NCBI GenBank assembly: GCA_030603365.1
Contig: JAUVXV010000001.1
Location: forward strand, 576,001-640,000
Reading direction: 5' to 3'
Source of the DNA: Candidatus Heimdallarchaeota archaeon
Lineage (GTDB): Archaea; Asgardarchaeota; Heimdallarchaeia; Heimdallarchaeales; Heimdallarchaeaceae
DNA length: 64,000 nucleotides
A program made the position numbers and the translations under genes. The notes under the pieces are model-generated. The model searched no databases. It was given only the letters and a program-made list of their open reading frames with translations, and had not been told where the DNA came from. Shown in pieces: positions 21,866 to 31,752 of this stretch; within the stretch, counting starts at the first letter, position 1, and each line of letters starts with the position of its first letter.

Positions 21866-22365
21866 TCTAATATTTTTTTTCGCATTGAAAATAGTTTTAC
21901 AACATAACCAAGTTTATCGTAGAAATCTACTCCCTCTTTATTTAAGGAATGAACATACAATGATAATTCATTTGCATTATTATTTTTAGCAAACTCGTTT
22001 TCAAATCTCGCCATTAAAGCTGATCCAACACCAGCTCTTCTTAACGGTTTGATTACAGCTATATCTGAAATGTGAGCAATTATGCGTTTCTTAAAGAATC
22101 CTGAATGCTTTTTGACATATCCGAAAAGAAAACCTATAATTTCATTATTCCTTCGAGCAATATATACAATCTGTGAAGAATCATGCACTGCTTTAGAAAT
22201 CATAAAACTAAAATTAGTTCTACCATCTTTATCTAGTGTAAAATCATCATCAAATTCAGAATGCCAATTAATTACCTCTTCCCAGATGTCTATTATAGTT
22301 TTTATTGTTTCTTTAGAAGCAACTTTGAGTTCAGAAATGATAAAATCTTCAGTTTCATTGCCCAT
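21862..22365 (-). CDS. GNAT acetyltransferase
   Basis: ISDIAV...RRAGVGSALM acetyl-CoA motif; N..GVDFYDKLGY. Confidence 0.88.
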   Translation of the reverse strand: MGNETEDFIISELKVASKETIKTIIDIWEEVINWHSEFDDDFTLDKDGRTNFSFMISKAVHDSSQIVYIARRNNEIIGFLFGYVKKHSGFFKKRIIAHISDIAVIKPLRRAGVGSALMARFENEFAKNNNANELSLYVHSLNKEGVDFYDKLGYVVKLFSMRKKILD

Positions 22366-22510
22366 AGGAATATACTATCCTTCTAGTTTGTATGTTTTGT
22401 GATTGATATATCAAAATTAATTGGAATAAGTTGTAGACTAACTTTTTTAATTGAGTTACCAATTCATCACATTCAACACGAAATATATTCATTACAAGGA
22501 GTATTTAGTT

Positions 22511-23770
22511 ATGCTTGCGAATAATCCTGCTCAAGATTTCCTTGGGTTTGAAAGAGATCTTTCTGATATTCTGAAGTTTAAAGAGAAGAATTCAATTTAT
22601 GATGTAAAACTAAAAAACAAAAGGGTGCTTGTCAGAGCTGATTTTAATGTACCCTTAAATAAAGATGGAGAGATTACAGATTCTCAAAGAATTGAAAAAG
22701 CCTTACCAACGATTAAATATCTCCAAGAAATGAATTGTAAAATCATTTTAATTTCTCATCTAGGAAGACCTAAAGGTAAAGTTGTAAAAGAATTGAGACT
22801 TGATCCTGTTTTCAAAAAACTTCAAGAATTCTTACCATTGACAAACGTCTACAAAGCAGAAGATTGTATAGGTCCTGAAGTAGAAGAAACGGTAATGAAA
22901 CTAAAGAAAGGAGAGGTACTCTTACTAGAAAATTCTCGCTTTCATGCAGGAGAAAAAGAAAACAGTGCTAATTTTTCTGCTGCTTTATCCAAACTTGCTG
23001 ATGTTTATATTACTGATGCTTTTGCAACAGCACATAGAAAACATTCCTCAACTTACGGTGTGTGCAATTATCTTAAAGAAAACGGATATGGATTTTTGAT
23101 GAAGAAGGAATTAGAGTATCTTGCAACAAGCATCGAGAACCCCAAAAGACCTTTTACAGTGATTCTTGGTGGAGCTAAAGTAAAAGATAAACTTGACGTA
23201 ATTCAATATCTTATAGGGCTTGCAGATAACATCCTTATTGGTGGGGGGATGGCATTCACTTTTCTTTTAGCAAAGGGCTTTTCTGTTGGACAATCAATTA
23301 AAGATGAATCAAAACTTGAAAAAGTAAAAAATTATCTTAAGATTGATTCACAGGGAACAAAAATCTTCCTTCCTAAAGATGTTGTAGTTTGTGATGACAT
23401 TAACTCCCCCAATAAAATAGAAACTGTATCCATAGAAAGCATTAGTGAAAAAGACATTGGAGTTGATATAGGTCCAAAAACGATTAGCAAATATAAAGAA
23501 ATTTTAGACGATTCAGCACAAGTAATTTGGAATGGTCCTTTGGGAATATTTGAGAAAGAGGAGTTTGAAAAAGGAACAAAAGAGATTGCGGAATATCTTG
23601 TAGAAAATGAGATTTATACAATTGTTGGAGGAGGAGATAGTGCTGCTGCATTTGAGAAATTTAATCTACAGGATGAAGTTTCATTCATTTCTACAGGTGG
23701 AGGAGCAAGTCTTGAAATAATGAAAGGTGCTCTTTTACCTGGTATTGCTTGTTTACAGGATAAAAAATAG
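22511..23770 (+). CDS. pgk: Phosphoglycerate kinase (bacterial-type motifs)
   Basis: RADFNVP, SHLGRP, LLENSRF, DAFATAHR, GGAKVKDK, WNGPLG, GGGDS, STGGGASLE. Confidence 0.96.
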   Translation: MLANNPAQDFLGFERDLSDILKFKEKNSIYDVKLKNKRVLVRADFNVPLNKDGEITDSQRIEKALPTIKYLQEMNCKIILISHLGRPKGKVVKELRLDPVFKKLQEFLPLTNVYKAEDCIGPEVEETVMKLKKGEVLLLENSRFHAGEKENSANFSAALSKLADVYITDAFATAHRKHSSTYGVCNYLKENGYGFLMKKELEYLATSIENPKRPFTVILGGAKVKDKLDVIQYLIGLADNILIGGGMAFTFLLAKGFSVGQSIKDESKLEKVKNYLKIDSQGTKIFLPKDVVVCDDINSPNKIETVSIESISEKDIGVDIGPKTISKYKEILDDSAQVIWNGPLGIFEKEEFEKGTKEIAEYLVENEIYTIVGGGDSAAAFEKFNLQDEVSFISTGGGASLEIMKGALLPGIACLQDKK

Positions 23771-23773
23771 GGC

Positions 23774-25372
23774 TTAAAATAATAGTGCGATCAAATAGCA
23801 CCCTAAAGCGACAACAGCACCAACAATTATGCTAAAAAGATTAACAAAGTCATTTCTTATCCATTTTACACCGGAATGATGAGTTGCTATCTTTTGGCAA
23901 TGTTCTTTTTTCTCTGTTACTTTACCACAAACTACACATTTATTCATTTTCTGTATAGTACAAGCAAAAATACTATCCATATAAGCACCAGCAAATCCAC
24001 CAATTATAACAGGAATAACAAAAATTAGGAAATTTGAAGGAAACCCTACTAAAGCTAAACTATCAATTTGTGCCACTCCAAGTCCAATGAACGCAATTAT
24101 TGCAGCTCCTAGAAAAGATGCTAATAAACCTGTAAACGATGTTGCTCCAGGTGTTCCCCTAGAAACCTTTATCCATGGTTTGATGGATAGTCGTGGTTCA
24201 TTCCTTGACAGAGCACCAATTTCAGTTCCTAAAGTGTCTGCTAAACTTACAGCTATAGCTCCAGCTCCTACTATAGTGATTATTGGTTTATCACGAATAA
24301 GCACTATCAAAAATGTCATGATTGCGGGTATAATACTGTTAACCATCGCCTGAACACTGTCTCTTGCTGTATCTCCCTTCTCATATTCCTGACTAACACC
24401 TTCTTTCCTTTTTTTACCAATAAAAGATGAAAGGCTTCCTAATATGAAGAAAGCAAAATACATAGCTCCCCATGTCCATGATCCCAATCCTAAAATTACG
24501 ATACCAAAGTAAAAACCTGCCATTCCTCCATCCCAAGTTAAAGCCTTAAAAATTATACTAACTGTTGCTATTACTAAACCTACAATTGCAGCAGTAATAA
24601 TAGCTATTATAGAAATTTCAGTACTTAGATTAATAAGATTCCCACCGAACAAACTGTAAAGTCCAAAAAGTACTATTGCATTCGCTGCTGGAATTGCAAT
24701 GTTGTCAAATCCTTTTGGAGTAAGTGCTTCAATAAACGCAGTTACAAATCCAGTTAAAAGCCCAATGTAAATACATACTTCGACAGATTCAGCAGATCTG
24801 AATAATATCAAACACCCAATTGTAACTGATATAAATGTTGCAAAAGCTGCTGCCCAACTACCAAGTAATGTTTTAGTTCCCCCAAAGATCTTGTAAGCTT
24901 TATTGTTCCCAAATTTGGAACCTATAACTGCACTAATTCCATCGCCCCAAACTAAAGGTAAAAATGAGCCAATAAGAATTATATTGTTTTGATTATTGGG
25001 ATCTTTATCAAAGAAAAGAGCAACAAGAATAGTAAGAGAAATGGCGTAAAACACAGTTCCATATGCATGACCAGATTCCACTCCTTTTAGTCTAAACTTC
25101 TTTATTGGTGATGCTGGACAAGTGAAGTAAGTGAATGGTATAAAGAAAACTGGTCCAATTAAAGCAAACCAAACACTTGAAAAAACAAAAGGAAGTATTA
25201 CTACTACATTTCCCACTGATAAATGAACAATTTTTCTCGATGTAGCTCCTGATACTTTATCTTTTCGTCGCAATACTTCAGCTAGAATTAGGGCTGCTAG
25301 AACAAAAACAAATAAGCCTGCTAATCCTAATATGTCGCTAAGTTCAATTGACGTTGGAATAGTGTAATCCAT
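23774..25372 (-). CDS. Fusion of phytol/dolichol-kinase (CTP_transf_1) and DUF92 (TMEM19/VTE6-like) domains
   Basis: N-half SRKIVH, WGDG, KTLLGS, DNIAIP; C-half RDSVQAMVN, ADTLGTEIG, GTPGATS..G, DS...Q, NDFVN. Confidence 0.8.
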   Translation of the reverse strand: MDYTIPTSIELSDILGLAGLFVFVLAALILAEVLRRKDKVSGATSRKIVHLSVGNVVVILPFVFSSVWFALIGPVFFIPFTYFTCPASPIKKFRLKGVESGHAYGTVFYAISLTILVALFFDKDPNNQNNIILIGSFLPLVWGDGISAVIGSKFGNNKAYKIFGGTKTLLGSWAAAFATFISVTIGCLILFRSAESVEVCIYIGLLTGFVTAFIEALTPKGFDNIAIPAANAIVLFGLYSLFGGNLINLSTEISIIAIITAAIVGLVIATVSIIFKALTWDGGMAGFYFGIVILGLGSWTWGAMYFAFFILGSLSSFIGKKRKEGVSQEYEKGDTARDSVQAMVNSIIPAIMTFLIVLIRDKPIITIVGAGAIAVSLADTLGTEIGALSRNEPRLSIKPWIKVSRGTPGATSFTGLLASFLGAAIIAFIGLGVAQIDSLALVGFPSNFLIFVIPVIIGGFAGAYMDSIFACTIQKMNKCVVCGKVTEKKEHCQKIATHHSGVKWIRNDFVNLFSIIVGAVVALGCYLIALLF

Positions 25373-25450
25373 GTATTATTCCTCTAATCTCTATATGATT
25401 AAACTGATTTCACTTGCTTTAAGGGTGAAATCAAGCGGATGGTTAAAAAT

Positions 25451-26044
25451 CTACTGCTCGCTAAATGCGTCTCCTTTTTCTAAGCTTTCCAAACCCTTTA
25501 CTTTGTCTACAACTGATCTCATCCCCTCACAACGTGGGTGATAAAACTGTTCACAGTTCCTACACACTTGTTCGTTTTTCCGATCCCTGAATCTTGTAAA
25601 GTAAGCTCGACTACCAAAGTATACAGACAGTGTAATAATTATTACTGCAAAAGCTCCCCAATCCATTCCTTTAGTTAATTCAACTATAGCTAAAATAACA
25701 GACAAACCAGCACTAATCATAGCAATTCCTAATAGAAAACGACTGATGTCTTTAAACCATCTTGGGGGTTTCAAAAATGCACTTATGGGAGTTAAAATAA
25801 ACATTGAATTAGTAGCAATAAATGCTATCCAGAAACTAATATGTAGAACAAAAACAACTATTGGAGCTAATATCAAACCAAATATCATCCCACTGTAGAG
25901 ATTTAAACAACCTCTACATACTTTTCTTCCTTTGATAGTATAAACATGGTCATCAAATTTAGTGCAGAGTGGGTGATGTGCTAAACGGTATGGTGAAAGT
26001 ACCCATTTTTCTCGTCTAGTCATCTTTTTCGGTTTTTGTACCAC
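25451..26044 (-). CDS. Membrane protein with Cys/His motifs (DUF2085-like)
   Basis: HHPLC, VCRGC, 4 TMs, C-terminal CxxC-x6-C. Confidence 0.5.
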   Translation of the reverse strand: MVQKPKKMTRREKWVLSPYRLAHHPLCTKFDDHVYTIKGRKVCRGCLNLYSGMIFGLILAPIVVFVLHISFWIAFIATNSMFILTPISAFLKPPRWFKDISRFLLGIAMISAGLSVILAIVELTKGMDWGAFAVIIITLSVYFGSRAYFTRFRDRKNEQVCRNCEQFYHPRCEGMRSVVDKVKGLESLEKGDAFSEQ

Positions 26045-28124
26045 TTATTTCACCTGAACTTATAATAGCTATAGTTCTAACGACTATATCTGCAATTATT
26101 CCTTGTAATAATTTTATTGATTCACCATCAGTTTTTTCATATTCTCTAATTGAATTTGCGAGAATTTTTTTACAAAGGAATTTTGCGTTTTTGCCGATGG
26201 GGATATCTTTCAAATCACTTTTTAAACCATGTTCATTGGATATAATGTTAATTAGTATTTCTTGTTTTAGTTCAACTAAATTTTTCTGTTCAGTTTCGAT
26301 TTTGCTAGACCAATTGTTTTCTAGTAAGTATTTTTTCGAAATGAAACCAAAAATAATACCATAAAATACAATATCTAAAATTACTAGTAATTCATGAAAA
26401 GGAATAGATTCTTGTTGTTTTAGCATTTCAATATTCTCTCTTATATCTTCAGGTAAAACTTGTTTTCTCGATATCCTTGATAATAATGAAAACAAGTTAC
26501 TGCCATTTTGTGGAAATGGAAAAAGTTTTTCTCTCTCATCTTGATTTATATAAATCAAATTCAATGTTAATAATAAATAAGGTATTAGATGAGTTAAATC
26601 ATCAGATAGTTTGGTTACTAAACCTTTAAACAATTTTTCTAATTTGGATAAAGTTACTTTACCAGTTAATATAACCGAGAATAGATCTTGATATAACAGT
26701 AGAATCTGAAATTCTTTATGTAAGTGCTTATACTCCGTGAAATTAACTTTGGTAATTCTCTCATTTTCCGCTATCTGTAAGGAACGTAAAATTAATTCCA
26801 AATGGGCTCTCCTACTTATGTGGATATATTTAGATAACTCCTTTGAATAATGAATACATTCTTTAAAATCTGATTGTTTCCAGCTTATACCAAAAAGCAG
26901 ATCTAAAAACGCTGTTAATGATGGATCTTTATGTTTTGAAGCTACCTTTACGCCTGTTTGAGCCAATTCCTTTGCGATGTCTAATTTATTAACTACAAAA
27001 AAAATCTGTGATTTTGAAAAATTGATAGCTAATTTACTTTTTTCATCGTTGAACTCTATAGCAAGTTTTTCTAATTTTTCTAGCACTTCTAATGACTGCT
27101 CGTATTTTTCTTGTTGAAACAAGTATTGACTCTTTAAATGCATTAATTTCACAATATCAGTGATGTGATGTGCTTTTTTGTTTGTGTCAAATGACTGGGT
27201 AGCCTCTAAGGTTTTTTCTACAATTCTCTCTGCTTCCTTCGTATTTTTGTCTTTTAACAAAGACTCTATTAATAATACTAACATACTTATTTGCGGACTA
27301 GATATCTCTTTAACAGCTATAGTTTGCAGGTATTTCAAGCTTTTAACTGCTAAAGGATAATTTTTCAGACTATAATACATCCGAGCTTTTGTATTCAGAG
27401 TAGTTTGTTCTCCCTTTTGATGTTTAAGTTTTTTGAAAATTTTTTCTGCTTTTGAAAGATAAGATAAAGCATTTTTTTCATTAAGCAAGTTTGCGTATGT
27501 TGAACCTAGATTCAATAAAAGAGTTGCTTCACCTATCAAGTCCTTTGCTTTAGAACGGATTTTTAGACTGCGTCTATAATAGTCAATTGCTTGGTCATAC
27601 TCTCCAATATAGAAATACATTCCTCCTAAACCTGAGAAACTTTGAGCTAAACCGATTTCATTGTTATTTCTTTTATCAATTTCTATAGCTTGTTCGAATA
27701 GATTTTTACTTTGATCAAAACTACCTTTTTCTAGGTATAAGTTAGCTAAATTGTGAAAAATAGTCGCTCTCATACCCTCACTCAATTTCTCTTCAGAGTT
27801 TTTCAATAACTTATCATATATCTGTAAAGATACATCTTTCTCACCTAAACGTCTCAGAATTTTCGCTCGCTGTATTTCTATATCTGCAGATTCTTCAGAT
27901 GAACAAGCTAGTTCGTTCATTATCTGCTTAACTTTCAAAATATCCTCAAGTGCTTGTTTATTTTTGCTTAAGAAATAATTGGATTGTGAAGAAAAGAGTA
28001 ACATTTCTTTTTTCTCTCTGATATCCTCTACTTCTGATAAATTTGAACTGACAATTTGAGAAACCTCTAGATAATTATGTTCTTCAAATAGCTTTTGAAT
28101 TTGAATTATCAGAGGGTTTGACAT
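26016..28124 (-). CDS. Tetratricopeptide-repeat protein
   Basis: Repeated NLA/LG..Y...G.YDQA..Y...L TPR motifs. Confidence 0.85.
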   Translation of the reverse strand: MSNPLIIQIQKLFEEHNYLEVSQIVSSNLSEVEDIREKKEMLLFSSQSNYFLSKNKQALEDILKVKQIMNELACSSEESADIEIQRAKILRRLGEKDVSLQIYDKLLKNSEEKLSEGMRATIFHNLANLYLEKGSFDQSKNLFEQAIEIDKRNNNEIGLAQSFSGLGGMYFYIGEYDQAIDYYRRSLKIRSKAKDLIGEATLLLNLGSTYANLLNEKNALSYLSKAEKIFKKLKHQKGEQTTLNTKARMYYSLKNYPLAVKSLKYLQTIAVKEISSPQISMLVLLIESLLKDKNTKEAERIVEKTLEATQSFDTNKKAHHITDIVKLMHLKSQYLFQQEKYEQSLEVLEKLEKLAIEFNDEKSKLAINFSKSQIFFVVNKLDIAKELAQTGVKVASKHKDPSLTAFLDLLFGISWKQSDFKECIHYSKELSKYIHISRRAHLELILRSLQIAENERITKVNFTEYKHLHKEFQILLLYQDLFSVILTGKVTLSKLEKLFKGLVTKLSDDLTHLIPYLLLTLNLIYINQDEREKLFPFPQNGSNLFSLLSRISRKQVLPEDIRENIEMLKQQESIPFHELLVILDIVFYGIIFGFISKKYLLENNWSSKIETEQKNLVELKQEILINIISNEHGLKSDLKDIPIGKNAKFLCKKILANSIREYEKTDGESIKLLQGIIADIVVRTIAIISSGEISGTKTEKDD

Positions 28125-28157
28125 CTTTTCATCATCGAAGGAAAAATATGTAGAAGA

Positions 28158-28694
28158 TTATCTATCTTCTATTACGATTGTATTTGCTAAGTAGTCCCCA
28201 ATTCTCCGACCTTCATCATTACACAATGGTACAATGTAATCTATTCCTGCAAGAAAACCTAAACATAAGGTTCGAATGCATGATTGACCTGTAGTTATTG
28301 GTTTACCTGTATCATAGTCTACTACTTTAATATTCAATATGGATTTCCCAAATGATTTTCCTTTTTCAGGGATAACATCTCTGAAACACCAAAGTGGAGG
28401 ACATAGATTGTATATGACACCATCTATCAATAAGGCTAGGAAACGATCTAAATAGCTCGCTTTTATTTGCACATAATTACCTGGTACAACTGCAACTGGC
28501 ATCGGTTGAGCTTGCGCATAAGGCGAAGGTTGAACTGGTGCATAAGGTGAAGGTTGTACTGGAGCTGGAGCTTGTTGAGCTTTTGGAGAGGGTACTGATT
28601 CATCTTCAGTTAATTTATGACCGCAATTCAAGCAGAACTTGTCTTCTGGTGCTATAGATGAACCACAATTAGGGCAGAAATATTTTTTCGACAT
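28158..28694 (-). CDS. Zinc-ribbon + Pro/Gln linker + RDD family protein
   Basis: CPNC..CLNC; RFLALLID, SFGK..LNIKVV, RRIGDYLANT; 24-bp tandem duplication (PVQPSPYA x2) at 28516-28563. Confidence 0.85.
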   Translation of the reverse strand: MSKKYFCPNCGSSIAPEDKFCLNCGHKLTEDESVPSPKAQQAPAPVQPSPYAPVQPSPYAQAQPMPVAVVPGNYVQIKASYLDRFLALLIDGVIYNLCPPLWCFRDVIPEKGKSFGKSILNIKVVDYDTGKPITTGQSCIRTLCLGFLAGIDYIVPLCNDEGRRIGDYLANTIVIEDR

Positions 28695-28800
28695 TTAAAT
28701 AACACCCATTCTATAATATTCATGTAATTGGAATATATAAGGGTAGTTTAATAAAAAGAATAAAAATCTTTCTCGTAATTTCGAGTATTTTTCAACAGAA

Positions 28801-30024
28801 TTACTCTAATTCCTTTATAATTTTACTATAGGTTTTTACAAGATTTTTTCCAGTTATCGAATAATCATAATTTTTCAAAGCATGATTTTGTGATTTAAAA
28901 GTAATTTCTTGAATCGTATCTTTATTGTGAACAATTTCTAGTACTTTATCTATAATTTGTTCTCTTTTATTGGGAGGGTATAGCCAACCATAATCTGGAG
29001 GTAGTATTTCATTCATTGGGGGTTTATCCATTGCAATTACAGGTAAACCAGACGCCATAGCTTCAATTATTGGTATACCAAAACTGCCTTCTTTTGAAGG
29101 ATATAATAGAATATCACTTACGTGATAAGCTAATAGGAGCTCTTCATCTTTTATGTAACCAGTTATTATGGCTGCATCATCAATTTTCAGATTTACTACT
29201 CGTTCTTTTATCACTTTTAACAGTGGTCCGTCTCCAATTATCAGAAAATTAGTGTTTGGACACCTCAGTAGAATTTCAGGAAAGTAATTTACTACCTCAT
29301 GCTGAGATTTTCGTGTTATAAAGGGACCTTGAAGTAAAATAATAGTTTTACCCTGAGTTAGATCATATTTGTCTCTAAATGCTTCAGTATCTTCGATTTT
29401 AGGTATTTGTGAAAACAACTTACAATTCAATGGATGTTGCACTAAAACAACTTTTTCTTCAACTCTACTTGGTAATCGTTTAATTTTTTCTAACAGAGAC
29501 ATAGAATTAGTTATAATTTTGTCACAGTATTTGACTATTCTTCTAAGAAGTTTAGAATAAGGTCTTTTTACCCAAAGTCTTGTTTTCAGGTTTCCGGTTG
29601 TTACTGCTCCATGCACAGATACAACAAAAGGAATTGTCAATTCTTCCTTCTTCTTAGCAATTGCAAAAGAATGTCCTGCAACCTCCATAGCATGAATAAG
29701 AGAAATGTCTATCTCTGATGATAATTCATTAAAAACTTCTAATGCTTTCTTAGAGAATTTTCTGTGATTTCTAGCATTAAAATTGGTTAATGTACTATAA
29801 GCACCACGGGCCGAAATTTGTTCTGGTAGAAAATAAAAATGTATATTTTCTCTATTCATCAATTCATCATCAGAAGATAATTCGGTTGTTGTGGCAACAT
29901 GGATTTCTATATTTTGATTAGCAAGAGCTTGAATTAATGAATAAACATATCTACGAAGTCCAGCCATTGGCCCAATATAAGGAGGTCCAATCTCTATCGT
30001 AGAAATGAAGATAGAGAAATCCAT
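28801..30024 (-). CDS. Glycosyltransferase family 4
   Basis: SVHG, EGSFGIPIIEAMASGLPVI. Confidence 0.9.
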   Translation of the reverse strand: MDFSIFISTIEIGPPYIGPMAGLRRYVYSLIQALANQNIEIHVATTTELSSDDELMNRENIHFYFLPEQISARGAYSTLTNFNARNHRKFSKKALEVFNELSSEIDISLIHAMEVAGHSFAIAKKKEELTIPFVVSVHGAVTTGNLKTRLWVKRPYSKLLRRIVKYCDKIITNSMSLLEKIKRLPSRVEEKVVLVQHPLNCKLFSQIPKIEDTEAFRDKYDLTQGKTIILLQGPFITRKSQHEVVNYFPEILLRCPNTNFLIIGDGPLLKVIKERVVNLKIDDAAIITGYIKDEELLLAYHVSDILLYPSKEGSFGIPIIEAMASGLPVIAMDKPPMNEILPPDYGWLYPPNKREQIIDKVLEIVHNKDTIQEITFKSQNHALKNYDYSITGKNLVKTYSKIIKELE

Positions 30025-30979
30025 ATGTAAAAATCTGAACCAACTAAAAAAGCATTTTGGTGATAATTTTACATTAAAAAAGCAAAAAAAAGAAGAAAAA
30101 AAGATTATAGATTACATACCTCATACATATTATTGGAAATTTTTTGTCGATTTTTGTTCAACCGATATAGTAAAAAGAATTGATGGAGTAAATAAATATA
30201 TGATTGATGTCGAAGACAGAATTTTTGATTATATTCTCGAAAATGGGCTCTCTTCAAGTTCTGTAAAACTTATTAAGGAAAATCTTCCAAATATCTCAAG
30301 TTCATTTCTCACAGATATTCTTGTTGAAAATATCAATATTCATCTTCAATATAAGCTTCTAATTGAATTCCTTCCAGATATTTGGAAGGATGAAAACACA
30401 AGCTCGAACCTTCTCGCATACATAAGTGGTGTCCTTCATAGACTGATTTATCTTGCTAGAGAGCAACCATTGGGAAAAGAAATTTCAAGCTTCTATAGGG
30501 AAGAATTAGAGTTATTTCATCAACAACTATGTGATTTCAGGCTAGAGTGTTTAGATTCTGTTGAAAGCTTCGAACAGCAGCAATTAGGCAAAGTAGAATC
30601 ATTTGCTGAATTGATTCTAGCTATTGAGTCTCTTCCCAAGTTATCAGCTGAAATAACAGAGATGCTAAGGATCGTCTCCTTACTATTCCTTCAATTTGCA
30701 ACAAATAGAAAACAAAATCTTAGGAATTTAGATGAATTGAGTTTATTCTTAAGTCGATGTTTAGTTTTATGGAAACTAAAAACTCTTACTGATACTGAGT
30801 TTAATGAATGCTTAAAGAAAGCAATAGAGAAATTTTCTGGTTCAATTGATTTAGATAAGTTCGAGGAAATACTTTCTCTTGAAATACAAAACTATCAATT
30901 TTTACAATTTGGTATAAGTCACAGGACTGTAAAACTAATTGCTGATACTTTTAAGAAAATACACGACACTCACTACTGA
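30005..30979 (+). CDS. Hypothetical helical protein (true start probably downstream)
   Basis: Long ORF; listed start overlaps the divergent GT4 start. Confidence 0.55.
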   Translation: MKIEKSICKNLNQLKKHFGDNFTLKKQKKEEKKIIDYIPHTYYWKFFVDFCSTDIVKRIDGVNKYMIDVEDRIFDYILENGLSSSSVKLIKENLPNISSSFLTDILVENINIHLQYKLLIEFLPDIWKDENTSSNLLAYISGVLHRLIYLAREQPLGKEISSFYREELELFHQQLCDFRLECLDSVESFEQQQLGKVESFAELILAIESLPKLSAEITEMLRIVSLLFLQFATNRKQNLRNLDELSLFLSRCLVLWKLKTLTDTEFNECLKKAIEKFSGSIDLDKFEEILSLEIQNYQFLQFGISHRTVKLIADTFKKIHDTHY

Positions 30980-31013
30980 TAGCAAAAACAAGTTAGAAAA
31001 AATAGTAGTGTTC

Positions 31014-31454
31014 TTACTTACTATTCACGTATGATTTTAGTTCCTCAGATATTCTTGAAGCTTTCTTGAACTCAGGTGCAAGATAATTCAATAGATCTCT
31101 TGGAACTCCTTTTCTACTAAATATAGTCTGCAGAATCTCACCTAAAACTTCTTCTTTCAGATCTGGGTTTTTCAGCATTTCTTTTACAGAGGTTATCTTC
31201 ATACTTGCGGGAAGATTGTCTTCTAACATAGTAATTGATGACCAGGCTTGTATTGTTGAATAGACAGCCATATCAGGAGTAACTATATCTAAAGCCATTC
31301 GAAAACGCCATTTTTTAACCTCTAATGGTGAACTATCATTAGCAATAGCTCTACCAAGTTTCATAGCATTTTCCTGACTTGGCTTATGACTATAGTCATC
31401 AAGCAAATTCCTTATCGTTTCTTTAGAGGGTACTTTATCCACACTAATCCCCAA
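31014..31454 (-). CDS. Hypothetical protein
   Basis: 146-aa ORF with TTG start and upstream TATA. Confidence 0.6.
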   Translation of the reverse strand: MGISVDKVPSKETIRNLLDDYSHKPSQENAMKLGRAIANDSSPLEVKKWRFRMALDIVTPDMAVYSTIQAWSSITMLEDNLPASMKITSVKEMLKNPDLKEEVLGEILQTIFSRKGVPRDLLNYLAPEFKKASRISEELKSYVNSK

Positions 31455-31752
31455 CTTTACCTATATAGAAATACGAGTTTGAGAATATATATACCTTACT
31501 CTTTAAGGATTTAGAGTAGGGGATTTCGGGAGAAGCAGAAGTTAGCACCTTCTTATAATACACCTTCTGTTAAAGATGACTATGTAAAAAAGGTGGGGTA
31601 GAAAGCACCAAATAACCTTACCGCAAGGTTTTACTATATTTATTCAAAAATAATCGTTCTAGATAGTACTTCAAAGCTTATAAGCCAACACAATCAGAGA
31701 ATAGAGAAAAAATGTGAAAGTGTAAGACTCGAGGTCTCTTAACTTACTCCTT

